A program made the translations under genes and the position numbers. The notes under the pieces are model-generated. The model was not told where the DNA came from. It ran no database searches and worked only from the letters and a program-made list of their open reading frames with translations. From an uncultured bacterium (lineage in GTDB: Bacteria; Chloroflexota; Limnocylindria; QHBO01): a stretch of DNA of 64,000 bases. Location of the stretch: positions 1,372 to 65,371 of the forward strand of contig CBFGTN010000002.1 of the NCBI GenBank assembly GCA_965652075.1, given 5' to 3'. Of the stretch, positions 18,080 to 27,217 are shown one piece after another (positions within the stretch are counted from its first letter, which is position 1; each line of letters begins with the position of its first letter).

Positions 18080-18963
18080 CGGCGCAGGCCGAGACCGGCG
18101 GCACGATCTACGACATCGGCTATCGCCGCTACGACGGCCCGCGCCTCGGGCGCGGGGGCGCCATCGGTGCGGTCGTCGGCGCCGGCGTCCGAGCGGTATT
18201 CGGGTTCGGCCGATCGGGCCGGGCAAAGATCATCCCGTGGGGCACGTTCATCCTCGCGGTCATGCCGGCGATCGTGGCCGTGGCGGTCCGCGTGCTGGCC
18301 GGCGAGATCATTCCGGACCTGTACAGCTACGAGGACTACCTGGGCCAGATCAGCGGCCTGGTCGCCATCTTCCTCGCCGCGCAGGCCCCGGAGCTCGTCG
18401 TCAACGACATCCGCTACCGCGTCCTGCCGCTCTACTTCAGCCGGCCGATGAGCCGCATCGACTACGTCGCCGCGAAGCTCGTCGCGCTCGGGCTCGGCCT
18501 CCTGTCCCTGACCCTCGTGCCGGTGCTCATCCTCTTCCTGGGTCGCGTGCTCGCCGCCGAGGACCTGCTCGCGGCGCTCGGCGACGAGGCGGGCGCCCTG
18601 CCGGCGATCGTCGGCAACGGCGTGCTGCATGCGGTCGTCCTCGCCAGCCTCGGCCTCGCGATCTGCTCGCTGGCATCCCGGCGCGCGTACGCGGCCGGGG
18701 CGGTGCTGGCCGTGTTCCTCGTGGGCGGCGTGCTCAGTGACGTGCTGAACGAGGCCGGCGGCGCGTTCGACGACTGGGCGCCGTTCCTCTCCCCGCTGAG
18801 CATCATCGACGGCGCGCGGCAGTGGATCTTCGGCACCGAGGTCGCCACGTCGTCGGTCGCCTCGAGCGACGTCCCGCTGCCGGTCTTCGGACTCGCGACC
18901 CTGCTGCTGGTGCTCGGCTCATGGGCCGTGCTGGCGCTCCGCTACCGGCGGATCACGGTATGA
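18076..18963 (+). CDS. ABC-2-like integral membrane permease (first of two)
   Basis: About six predicted TM helices. GTG 18076 overlaps the upstream TGA (GTGA). Confidence 0.7.
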   Translation: MTAQAETGGTIYDIGYRRYDGPRLGRGGAIGAVVGAGVRAVFGFGRSGRAKIIPWGTFILAVMPAIVAVAVRVLAGEIIPDLYSYEDYLGQISGLVAIFLAAQAPELVVNDIRYRVLPLYFSRPMSRIDYVAAKLVALGLGLLSLTLVPVLILFLGRVLAAEDLLAALGDEAGALPAIVGNGVLHAVVLASLGLAICSLASRRAYAAGAVLAVFLVGGVLSDVLNEAGGAFDDWAPFLSPLSIIDGARQWIFGTEVATSSVASSDVPLPVFGLATLLLVLGSWAVLALRYRRITV

Positions 18964-19871
18964 GCGCCCTGCGGCTGGACGCCGCGTCGCGCTGGTACGG
19001 GAACGTCGTCGCGGTCAACGACGTGACCTTCGAGATCGGGGCCGGCATCACCGGCCTGCTCGGCCCGAACGGCGCGGGCAAGACGACGCTGCTGCACATG
19101 ATGGCCGGGTTCCTGCGCCCCAGCGCCGGGTCCGTCCAGCTCGATGACACGCCCACCTGGCGCCATCCGGAGCTCTACCGGCGCGTCGGCTTCGTCCCCG
19201 AGCGAGAGGCCGTGTACGGCTTCCTCACCGGGCTCCAGTTCGTGACCGCCACCGCGCGGCTCCACGGGCTCGACGACCCGGCCGGCGCGGCGGATCGCGC
19301 GATCGGGCTCGTCGACCTGCACGATGCCGCCGGACGGGCGATCGGCGGCTACTCGAAGGGCATGCGCCAGCGCGTCAAGGTGGCGGCATCCCTGGTCCAC
19401 GACCCGCCCGTCCTGATCCTCGACGAGCCGTTCAACGGGATGGACCCGCGGCAGCGGCTGCACATGATGGACCTGCTGCGCCGGATGGCGGCGGAGGGCC
19501 GCACGATCCTCTTCAGCAGCCACATCCTTGAGGAGGTCGAGCGGCTCTCGGACCGCGTCCTGGTGATCGTCGCGGGACGGCTCGCCGCATCGGGCGACTT
19601 CCGGCGGATTCGGCGCCTGATGACCGATCGCCCCCACACCTTCACCCTGCGCTCCAGTGACGACCGGCGCCTGGCGCGCGAGCTCCTCGCGGCGCCCGAA
19701 GTCGATGCGGTCAACCTGCACGACGGCATCCTCACCGTCAGCACCCGCGACTACGGCGCGATGACGCGCGCGGTCGGGCCGGCGGCGCATCGAGCGGGCG
19801 TCTCGCTCCTCGAGCTGCGGCCGGCGGACGAGTCGCTCGAATCGGTCTTCAGCTACCTGGTGCGCCGATGA
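18960..19871 (+). CDS. ABC transporter ATP-binding protein (second of two)
   Basis: GPNGAGKTTLL, YSKGMRQR, LILDEPFNGMD. ATG 18960 overlaps the upstream TGA (ATGA). Confidence 0.9.
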   Translation: MSALRLDAASRWYGNVVAVNDVTFEIGAGITGLLGPNGAGKTTLLHMMAGFLRPSAGSVQLDDTPTWRHPELYRRVGFVPEREAVYGFLTGLQFVTATARLHGLDDPAGAADRAIGLVDLHDAAGRAIGGYSKGMRQRVKVAASLVHDPPVLILDEPFNGMDPRQRLHMMDLLRRMAAEGRTILFSSHILEEVERLSDRVLVIVAGRLAASGDFRRIRRLMTDRPHTFTLRSSDDRRLARELLAAPEVDAVNLHDGILTVSTRDYGAMTRAVGPAAHRAGVSLLELRPADESLESVFSYLVRR

Positions 19872-20596
19872 CCGGAGCGCTCGTCTCCCTGACCCTCCGC
19901 GCCCTCCTGAACCGGCGCCGGACGCTGCTCCTCGCGCTCCTGGGCCTGCTGACCGTCGCGATCGTCGGGCTCTTCCGCCTCAGCGACCCATCGCCCGACC
20001 AGGCGCTGGAGGTGACCCGGCAGCTGCTCAGCGACCTGGCGCTGGGCGTGCTCCTGCCGATCGTGGCGGTCATCGTCGGCACCGCGGCGATCGGCTCGGA
20101 GCTGGACGACGGGACGATCGTCTACCTGCTGGCGCGACCGGTGCCGCGCTGGCGGATCGTGCTCGTCAAGCTGCTGGTCGCCTGGGTCGTGGTCATGCTC
20201 CTCGTCGTGCCGGCCACGCTGATCGCCGGCCTCGTCGGCCAGGACGACCCGGCGCTGGCATTCGGCTTCGCCGCAGCGGCCGCCGTCGGAGCCCTGGAGT
20301 ACACCGCGCTCTTCGTGGCGCTCTCGCTGATCACGTCGCGCGCCCTGATCATCGGCCTCGCATACGTCGTCGTGTGGGAGGGCGTCGTCGCCGGCCTGTT
20401 CGCCGGAACGCGGCCGTTGAGCGTGCGCCAGCACGCGCTCGCCGTCGCGGAGGCCCTGGGCGGCGCCGATGCCGCCGGGATCGCGGAGGTCGCCCTCCAG
20501 GTCGCGATCGCGGCCGTCGCCATCGTCACCGTGGCGGCGACGATCGTGGCCGTGCGCCGGCTCGAGACCGTCGAGCTCCGCGGCGAGACGGCCTGA
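19868..20596 (+). CDS. ABC-2-like integral membrane permease (second of two)
   Basis: Six hydrophobic helices. ATGA overlap with the preceding ATPase gene. Confidence 0.7.
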   Translation: MTGALVSLTLRALLNRRRTLLLALLGLLTVAIVGLFRLSDPSPDQALEVTRQLLSDLALGVLLPIVAVIVGTAAIGSELDDGTIVYLLARPVPRWRIVLVKLLVAWVVVMLLVVPATLIAGLVGQDDPALAFGFAAAAAVGALEYTALFVALSLITSRALIIGLAYVVVWEGVVAGLFAGTRPLSVRQHALAVAEALGGADAAGIAEVALQVAIAAVAIVTVAATIVAVRRLETVELRGETA

Positions 20597-21642
20597 TGGG
20601 GCCGGCCGACCTGCCACCGCCGTGGGGCCACGACTGGGCCGGCCGCCTCGAGGAGCACGTCCTCGACTCCGAGGCGCTCACCGCCAACCCGCTCGGCGAC
20701 CCGCACGAGCGGCCGCTGTGGGTCTACACCCCTCCCGGCTACGACGACGACCCTGAACGCCGCTACCCATCCATCTACCTGATCCAGGGCATGACCGGCC
20801 AGCTCGACATGTGGCGCAACCGGAAGGCCTTCTCGCCCTCGGTCGTCGAGGCGATCGACGCGTGGTTCGCGGAGGACGGCGCGACGCCCGCGATCGTGGC
20901 CTTCGTCGACGCCTGGACCAGCTACGGCGGCTCGCAGTTCCTCGACTCGCCGGGCACCGGTCGCTACCACACCTACCTGTGCGACGAGGTCGTGCCGTTC
21001 GTCGACGCGCGCTACCGAACGATCGCCGATGCGGCCCACCGGGGCATCGCCGGCAAGTCGAGCGGCGGCTACGGCGCGATGGTCACGCCGATGCTCCGGC
21101 CTGACCTGTTCGGCGGCCTCGCCAGCCACGCCGGCGACGCCCTCTTCGAGGCCTGCTACCTGCCGGAGTTCCCGCAGGCCGCGCGCGCGCTGCGCGACCA
21201 CTACGACGGCTCGTTTGACCGGTTCTGGGAGGACTTCCGATCGCGGCCGGGGCAGTCACGCCCCGCCGACGCGGCGCTCGTCAACGAGTGGGCGATGGCC
21301 GCGTGCTACTCGACCGACGAAGACGGCACCGTGCGCCTGCCGTTCGATGCGTCCACCGGCCGGCTGGTCCCCGAGACGTGGGTGCGCTGGCTCGCGTGGG
21401 ACCCGGTGCGCATGGCGCCGGCCCGCGCCGATGCGCTTCGCGGCCTGAAGGCGATCTGGATCGATGGGGGGACCCGCGACGAGTACTACCTCGACCTGGG
21501 CGCCCAGGCGTTCGTCGCGGAGCTCGCGGCGCTCGGCATCGGCGATCCGGTCCTTCGCTTCGAGCTGTTCGAGGGCTCGCACGGCGGGATCGAGTGGCGC
21601 TACCCGCCGGCGATCGGCTGGCTCGCCGAGCGCCTGGCCTAG
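20596..21642 (+). CDS. Esterase-D / enterochelin-esterase-like alpha/beta hydrolase
   Basis: LWVYTPPGYD ... YPSIYLIQGMTG and nucleophile elbow IAGKSSGGYGA. ATG 20596 overlaps the permease TGA (TGATG). Confidence 0.75.
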   Translation: MGPADLPPPWGHDWAGRLEEHVLDSEALTANPLGDPHERPLWVYTPPGYDDDPERRYPSIYLIQGMTGQLDMWRNRKAFSPSVVEAIDAWFAEDGATPAIVAFVDAWTSYGGSQFLDSPGTGRYHTYLCDEVVPFVDARYRTIADAAHRGIAGKSSGGYGAMVTPMLRPDLFGGLASHAGDALFEACYLPEFPQAARALRDHYDGSFDRFWEDFRSRPGQSRPADAALVNEWAMAACYSTDEDGTVRLPFDASTGRLVPETWVRWLAWDPVRMAPARADALRGLKAIWIDGGTRDEYYLDLGAQAFVAELAALGIGDPVLRFELFEGSHGGIEWRYPPAIGWLAERLA

Positions 21643-21724
21643 GTCCGGCTGGCACGCGACTCGCTATTCCCAAGCGGTGGCCGCTCGGCGGCCCAGCAGG
21701 CAAACGCAGCGCGGAGCCCTCTGA

Positions 21725-22591
21725 ATGACCTTCAGGCCCGATGTCGACCTCGATCCCGGACGCGTCAGCGACCGGCGCGGTCGCCGCGTCAGCGGCGGCG
21801 GGCTCGCCGTGGGCGGCGGGGTCGGCACGCTCATCGTCGTCGCCCTCATCCTCCTGTCGGGCGGCGACCTCGGCGACGTCATCGGCGGCCTGCAGGCGCA
21901 GCCCCAGGAGGGCCCGGTCGGCAGCCAGCTGATCAGCGAGTGCGAGACGGGCGAACAGGCCAACGAGCGCCAGGACTGCCGCCTCGTCGGCGCGCTCCAG
22001 AGCCTCGACGCGTACTGGTCCGAGCAGTTCGAGGCGTCCGGCGAGCAGTTCGCCATCCCCGAGGCGGTCGTCTTCACCGACGCCGTCAACACCCAGTGCG
22101 GATCGGCGACGAGCGCGGTCGGCCCGTTCTACTGCCCGCTCGACCAGACGATCTACCTCGACCTGGGCTTCTACCAGGAGCTCCAGTCGCGGTTCGGCGC
22201 CGAGGGCGGTCCCTTCGCCGAGATGTACGTCGTCGCCCACGAGTACGGGCACCACATCCAGAACCTGCTCGGCTTCCTGGAGCGGGGCCGCGACGCGGGC
22301 GCCGAGGGCGGCGCGGTGCGCGTCGAGCTCCAGGCGGACTGCCTCGCCGGCGTGTGGAGCGCCAACGCCGTCGAGACGGGCTTCCTGCGGCCCCTGACGC
22401 GGGAGCAGATCGGCCAGGCGCTGAACGCGGCGTCCGTGATCGGCGACGACCGGATCCAGGAGCAGACGCAGGGCCAGGTCAACCCGGAGACCTGGACGCA
22501 CGGCTCGTCGGAGCAGCGCCAGGAGTGGCTGACGAACGGCATGGACGCCGGTTCGATCGACGGCTGCGACACGTTCAACGCCGACATCTGA
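21725..22591 (+). CDS. Putative neutral zinc metallopeptidase (YpfJ-like) with an N-terminal TM helix
   Basis: HExxH in VVAHEYGHHIQNLLG. FYCPLDQTIYLDLGFY. TM segment GVGTLIVVALILL. Confidence 0.8.
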   Translation: MTFRPDVDLDPGRVSDRRGRRVSGGGLAVGGGVGTLIVVALILLSGGDLGDVIGGLQAQPQEGPVGSQLISECETGEQANERQDCRLVGALQSLDAYWSEQFEASGEQFAIPEAVVFTDAVNTQCGSATSAVGPFYCPLDQTIYLDLGFYQELQSRFGAEGGPFAEMYVVAHEYGHHIQNLLGFLERGRDAGAEGGAVRVELQADCLAGVWSANAVETGFLRPLTREQIGQALNAASVIGDDRIQEQTQGQVNPETWTHGSSEQRQEWLTNGMDAGSIDGCDTFNADI

Positions 22592-22648
22592 GGGGTTGGC
22601 GCGCGTCGGCGGACGTGTGAGACTGTCGCCCCCGCAGGCGGGTTGAGC

Positions 22649-24679
22649 ATGATGAGCACCAACGGGCACCCGCAGGAAGCCGCGCCGATCGGCAACGATC
22701 AGCCGTTCGGCAGCTCACCCTTCCCGCCGATCGCCGAGTACGCGTTCCTCTCCGACTGCGAGACGACCGCCCTCGTCGCCCCGTCCGGGAACGTCGAGTG
22801 GCTCTGCCTGCCGCGGCTCGACTCTCCGAGCGTGTTCGGCTCGATCCTCGACCGCGACGCGGGCGGCTTCCGCATCGGCCCCGCCGACATCACCGTCCCC
22901 GCGGCTCGCCGCTACCTGCCCGGCACGAACGTGCTCGAGACGAGCTGGGGCACCCCGACCGGCTGGATCATCGTCCGCGACGTCCTCCTCATCGGTCCGT
23001 GGCGCCACGTCGACGGGCGCTCGCACACGCAGCGGCGGCCGCCGACCGACTACGACGCCAGTCACGTCCTGCTGCGGATGGTGCGCTGCGTGAACGGCGA
23101 GGTGCAGCTGACGCTCGACTGCGAGCCGGTCTTCGATTACGGGCGCAGCTATGGGACCTGGGAGTACACCGAGAGCGGCTACCGCCAGGGCCGATGCGTC
23201 AGCGAGCGCTCGGACGTCGAGCTCGTCCTGACGAGCGACCTGAACATCGGCTTCGAAGGACCGCGCGCGGTCGCACGGTCGCTGATCAAGGAGGGCGAGC
23301 AGCGCTTCGTGGCCCTCGCCTGGAACGCGGCCGAGGCGCCGCGCAGCGTCGACGACGCGTACCAGCGCCTGGTCTGGACCGCGCACCACTGGCAGCACTG
23401 GCTGGCGCGCGGCACGTTCCCCGACCACCCGTGGCGATCGCACCTGGAGCGCTCAGCGCTGACGCTCAAGGGCCTGACGTTCGCGCCGAGCGGCGCGCTC
23501 GTGGCGGCGCCGACGACCTCGCTGCCGGAGACGCCGGGCGGTGAGCGGAACTGGGACTATCGCTACAGCTGGATCCGCGACTCGACGTTCGCGCTGTGGG
23601 GCCTTGGCACCCTGAACTTCGACTGGGAGGCGAACGACTACATCCACTTCATCGCCGACGTCGCCGAGCGCGACGGGGTGCTGCAGATCATGTACGGCGT
23701 CGACGGCGAGCGGGCCCTGCCGGAGCAGACGCTCGACCACCTCAGCGGGTACGAGGGCGCGCGACCGGTCCGCATCGGCAACGACGCGTACGGCCAGATC
23801 CAGCACGACGTGTGGGGCGCGGTGCTCGACTCCGTCTACCTGCACACGAAGCATCGCGACCACCTCGACGAGCGGATCTGGCCGATCCTCGTGCGGCAGG
23901 TCGAGGCCGCCCTCGAGCACTGGCGCGAGCCGGACCGTGGGATCTGGGAGGTGCGCGGCGATCCGAAGCACTTCACGAGCTCGAAGGTCATGTGCTGGGT
24001 CGCCGCGGACCGCGGGGCGCGGCTCGCCCGCATCCGCGACGAGCCCGAGCTCGCCGAGCGGTGGGCAGCGGCCGCGGAGGAGATGAAGGCGGACATCCTG
24101 GCGAACGCGCTCGACGAGCGCGGCGTCTTCACCCAGCACTACGACACCGATGCGCTCGACGCCTCGGTCCTGCTCATGCCGCTCGTGCGCTTCCTGCCTC
24201 CGACCGACGAGCGCATCCGGCGCACGGTGATGGCGATCGCGGACGAGCTGACCGACGACGGGCTCGTCCTGCGCTACCGGACCGAGACGACGGACGATGG
24301 CCTGTCCGGCCGAGAGGGCACGTTCACGATCTGCTCGTTCTGGCTCGTCTCCGCGCTCGTCGAGATCGGCGAGGTCCAGCGGGCGCACCGGCTGTGCGAG
24401 AAGCTGCTGTCGTACGCGAGCCCGCTCGGGCTGTACGGCGAGGAGCTCGACCCCGACACCGGACGGCACCTCGGCAACTACCCGCAGGCCTTCACCCACC
24501 TCGCGTTGATCAACGCGGTCATGCACGTCGTCGATGCCGAGCGCGGCGCAGCGCCGGCACGGTCGGCTCCGCTCTCGCCGCAGATCCCGAAGCCCGAGGC
24601 CCCGGGCGGCGCGTCCGACCGCGAGGCGAAGCTCATCGCGCAGCCGGCCCGGCCCGAAGCCGAGGAGGAGGGGCCGTAG
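22649..24679 (+). CDS. Glycoside hydrolase family 15 (glucoamylase/trehalase-like)
   Basis: IAEYAFLSDCETTALVAPSGNVEWLCLPRLDSPSVF and GERNWDYRYSWIRDSTF. First ATG at 22649 (the track ORF begins at TTG 22643). Confidence 0.88.
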   Translation: MMSTNGHPQEAAPIGNDQPFGSSPFPPIAEYAFLSDCETTALVAPSGNVEWLCLPRLDSPSVFGSILDRDAGGFRIGPADITVPAARRYLPGTNVLETSWGTPTGWIIVRDVLLIGPWRHVDGRSHTQRRPPTDYDASHVLLRMVRCVNGEVQLTLDCEPVFDYGRSYGTWEYTESGYRQGRCVSERSDVELVLTSDLNIGFEGPRAVARSLIKEGEQRFVALAWNAAEAPRSVDDAYQRLVWTAHHWQHWLARGTFPDHPWRSHLERSALTLKGLTFAPSGALVAAPTTSLPETPGGERNWDYRYSWIRDSTFALWGLGTLNFDWEANDYIHFIADVAERDGVLQIMYGVDGERALPEQTLDHLSGYEGARPVRIGNDAYGQIQHDVWGAVLDSVYLHTKHRDHLDERIWPILVRQVEAALEHWREPDRGIWEVRGDPKHFTSSKVMCWVAADRGARLARIRDEPELAERWAAAAEEMKADILANALDERGVFTQHYDTDALDASVLLMPLVRFLPPTDERIRRTVMAIADELTDDGLVLRYRTETTDDGLSGREGTFTICSFWLVSALVEIGEVQRAHRLCEKLLSYASPLGLYGEELDPDTGRHLGNYPQAFTHLALINAVMHVVDAERGAAPARSAPLSPQIPKPEAPGGASDREAKLIAQPARPEAEEEGP

Positions 24680-24693
24680 CCGGCCGCGGGCCC

Positions 24694-25632
24694 CGGCCGT
24701 TCCGCTTCCTGGCGGACGCGCGCGACGTCGCCACGATCCGGCAGCTGACGGAGACCGCCCGCCGCGCGGAGGCAGTCGGCATCGACACGCTCGTCGTTCC
24801 CGACCATCTGATCCCGCAGATGGCGCCGGTGCCGACGATGGCCGCGATCGCCGCGGTCTCTGACCGGCTCCGGATCGCGGCGTTCGTGCTGAACAACGAC
24901 CTGCGCCATCCGGCCGTCCTGGCGCAGGACCTGGCGAGCCTGGACGTCCTCAGCGAGGGCCGGCTGGATGTCGCGATCGGCGCCGGCTGGAACAGGCCCG
25001 AATACGCCGCCATCGGCATCGCCTTCGAGCCCACCCCGGTGCGCCAGGCGCGCCTGGCCGAGTCCGTGGCGGTGCTCAAGGGCTGCTTCGGCGAGGGCCC
25101 GTTCAGCTTCAGCGGCGAGCACTACACGATCACCGACTACGACGCCCAGCCGAAGCCGGTCCAGCAGCCGCACCCTCCGTTCCTGATCGGCGGGGGCGGC
25201 CGCCGCACGCTGACCCTGGCGGCACGCGAGGCGCAGATCGTCGGGCTCGCGCCGCGGATCCTGCCGAACGGCGCCGGCGACCCGCGCTCCGTCACGCTCG
25301 AGGGCAATCGCGAGAAGATCGGCTGGGTCCGCGAGGCGGCGGGTGACCGCTTCGAGGAGCTCGAGCTGAACATCTACCCGTCGATGACCGGCGTGAGCAT
25401 CACCGACGAGCCGCTGCGGGAGCTCCGCGACCTTGCCCAGCAGCTCGAGGGACGCAGCGGCGTCCGCGTCACCCCCGAGGAGCTGCTCGACGCACCGCAC
25501 ATCTTCGTGAACAGCGTCGACGGCTTCGTCGAGAAGCTGCGTCGGATGCGCGACGAGCTCGGCATCAGCTCGATCATGGTCGGCGCGCTCGGTGAGCTGG
25601 ACCCGGTCGTGGAGCGCCTCGCGGGGACCTGA
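24694..25632 (+). CDS. Luciferase-like (LLM) flavin/F420-dependent oxidoreductase, start codon unresolved
   Basis: RPFRFLAD ... DTLVVPDHL ... LDVAIGAGWNRPEY. No ATG/GTG/TTG lies between the GH15 stop (24677-24679) and the conserved RPFRF. The only nearby candidate is CTG 24709. Confidence 0.7.
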   Translation, partial: RPFRFLADARDVATIRQLTETARRAEAVGIDTLVVPDHLIPQMAPVPTMAAIAAVSDRLRIAAFVLNNDLRHPAVLAQDLASLDVLSEGRLDVAIGAGWNRPEYAAIGIAFEPTPVRQARLAESVAVLKGCFGEGPFSFSGEHYTITDYDAQPKPVQQPHPPFLIGGGGRRTLTLAAREAQIVGLAPRILPNGAGDPRSVTLEGNREKIGWVREAAGDRFEELELNIYPSMTGVSITDEPLRELRDLAQQLEGRSGVRVTPEELLDAPHIFVNSVDGFVEKLRRMRDELGISSIMVGALGELDPVVERLAGT

Positions 25633-25684
25633 CCGGCGTCCGTCCTAGAATCACCGCACCCACTCGCAGGCGGAGCCGCCATCG

Positions 25685-26875
25685 GTGAGCGCCCGGATCC
25701 TCGTGTACACCGGCAAGGGTGGCGTCGGCAAGACGAGCGTCGCCGCCGCCACCGCACTCGCATGCGCCGATCGGGGCTACCGCACGATCATCATCTCGAC
25801 GGACATCGCGCACTCGCTCGGCGACGCGTTCGCGCGCGAGCTCGGGCCGGAGCCGCTCGAGATCAGCCCGAACCTGTGGGCACAGGAGTCGGACGTCTTC
25901 TTCAACGTCAGCCGGTACTGGGGACGGATCCAGGGCTACGCCGCATCGGTCCTGCGCTGGCGCGGGCTCGACGATGTCATGGCCGAGGAGATGACGGTCC
26001 TGCCCGGCATGGACGAGGTCGGCTCGCTGCTGTGGATCGCCGACCATCACGACTCCGGGAGCTACGACGTCGTCGTCGTCGACGCCGCGCCGACGGGCGA
26101 GACGCTGCGCCTGCTGTCCCTGCCGGAGGCCGGCCGCTGGTGGATGCAGAAGGTCGAGCCGATCGGCCGGCGAATCACCCGCCTGACCGGGCCGATCGTG
26201 AAGCGGGTCGTCGGCATGCCGGTGCCCGACGACGAGGTCTTCGACGCCGGCGAGGCGCTGTTCGCGCGGCTCGAGGATCTGCACCGGCTCCTCACCGACC
26301 CGAACACCACGTCGGTGCGGGTCGTGCTGACCCTCGAGCAGGTCGTCATCGCCGAGGCGCAGCGCTCGTTCACGTACTTCCACCTCTACGGCTACCCGAC
26401 CGACCTCGTGATCGCGAACCGGGTGCTCCCCGACGAGGTCGGCGAGTACTTCCGCGGCTGGTACGAGGCGCAGCAGGAGTACGGGCCGCTCGTCGACAAC
26501 ACCTTCCACCCGATCCCCGTCCGCAAGGCGCCGTTCTTCGACAAGGAGGTGGTCGGCATGGACCGGCTGCGCCGGCTGGCGGCCGCCCTCTACGCGGACG
26601 CCGACCCGACCAGCTTCTTCTACCGCGGCACGCCGTACGAGGTCAGCCGCGACAACGGCGCGTTCCTGCTCTCGGTCGACCTCCCGTTCACCGAGAAGCG
26701 GCAGATCAACCTGTCGCGTCGCGGCGACGAGCTGATCATCGATCTCGGGACGTGGCGTCGGACGCTCGTCCTGCCGCGCATCCTCGTCGACGCGCCCACC
26801 GAGGGGGCGCGATTCGAGGATGGAACCCTCAAGGTCCGCTTTGGCACCCCGGCACGCGAAGGAGCCTCACCATGA
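25685..26875 (+). CDS. ArsA/GET3-family P-loop ATPase with a C-terminal HSP20-like domain
   Basis: Deviant Walker A YTGKGGVGKTSVAAA. IIISTDIAHSL. Tail FLLSVDLPFTEKRQINLSRRGDELIIDLGTWRRTLVLP resembles an alpha-crystallin/CS fold. GTG start with GGAG RBS. Confidence 0.8.
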   Translation: MSARILVYTGKGGVGKTSVAAATALACADRGYRTIIISTDIAHSLGDAFARELGPEPLEISPNLWAQESDVFFNVSRYWGRIQGYAASVLRWRGLDDVMAEEMTVLPGMDEVGSLLWIADHHDSGSYDVVVVDAAPTGETLRLLSLPEAGRWWMQKVEPIGRRITRLTGPIVKRVVGMPVPDDEVFDAGEALFARLEDLHRLLTDPNTTSVRVVLTLEQVVIAEAQRSFTYFHLYGYPTDLVIANRVLPDEVGEYFRGWYEAQQEYGPLVDNTFHPIPVRKAPFFDKEVVGMDRLRRLAAALYADADPTSFFYRGTPYEVSRDNGAFLLSVDLPFTEKRQINLSRRGDELIIDLGTWRRTLVLPRILVDAPTEGARFEDGTLKVRFGTPAREGASP

Positions 26876-27183
26876 CCGATCCCACCCCATCCGACGGCGA
26901 CCGCACCGCCGATCTCGAGCGCCGCCTCGCCGCGCTCGAGCGACGGACGCCGAGGGCGATGATGGAGCAGGGCCGATCCGGCCTCGAGGAGGCCTTCTGG
27001 GCCGTCATGCACTCGGTCTTCCCGAGCGAGGCTCGCCACCACCTGCGGGCCGCGACGAAGGAGCAGCTGATGGCGGCGCGGGTCTACCTGGACCGCTGGA
27101 TCGCCGGCCTCGAGGAGTCGCCCCCGTCCGAGGAGGCCCCGCAGGCCGCGCATCGGGCCACCGAGAAGATCGAGGTCGAGTGA
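26872..27183 (+). CDS. Small hypothetical protein translationally coupled to the ArsA-like ATPase
   Basis: ATG 26872 overlaps the TGA of the ATPase gene (ATGA). 103 aa with the heptad-like stretch DLERRLAALERR. No family recognised. Confidence 0.5.
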   Translation: MTDPTPSDGDRTADLERRLAALERRTPRAMMEQGRSGLEEAFWAVMHSVFPSEARHHLRAATKEQLMAARVYLDRWIAGLEESPPSEEAPQAAHRATEKIEVE

Positions 27184-27217
27184 GAGGCGGGCCGGCGTCG
27201 CCGCCGGCCCGCATCGG

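Noticed and set aside
25685-26875. The ArsA-like ATPase as an arsenic-resistance determinant.
   Set aside because: No arsR, arsB/acr3, arsC or arsD in the vicinity. It has a single nucleotide-binding domain rather than the duplicated ArsA.
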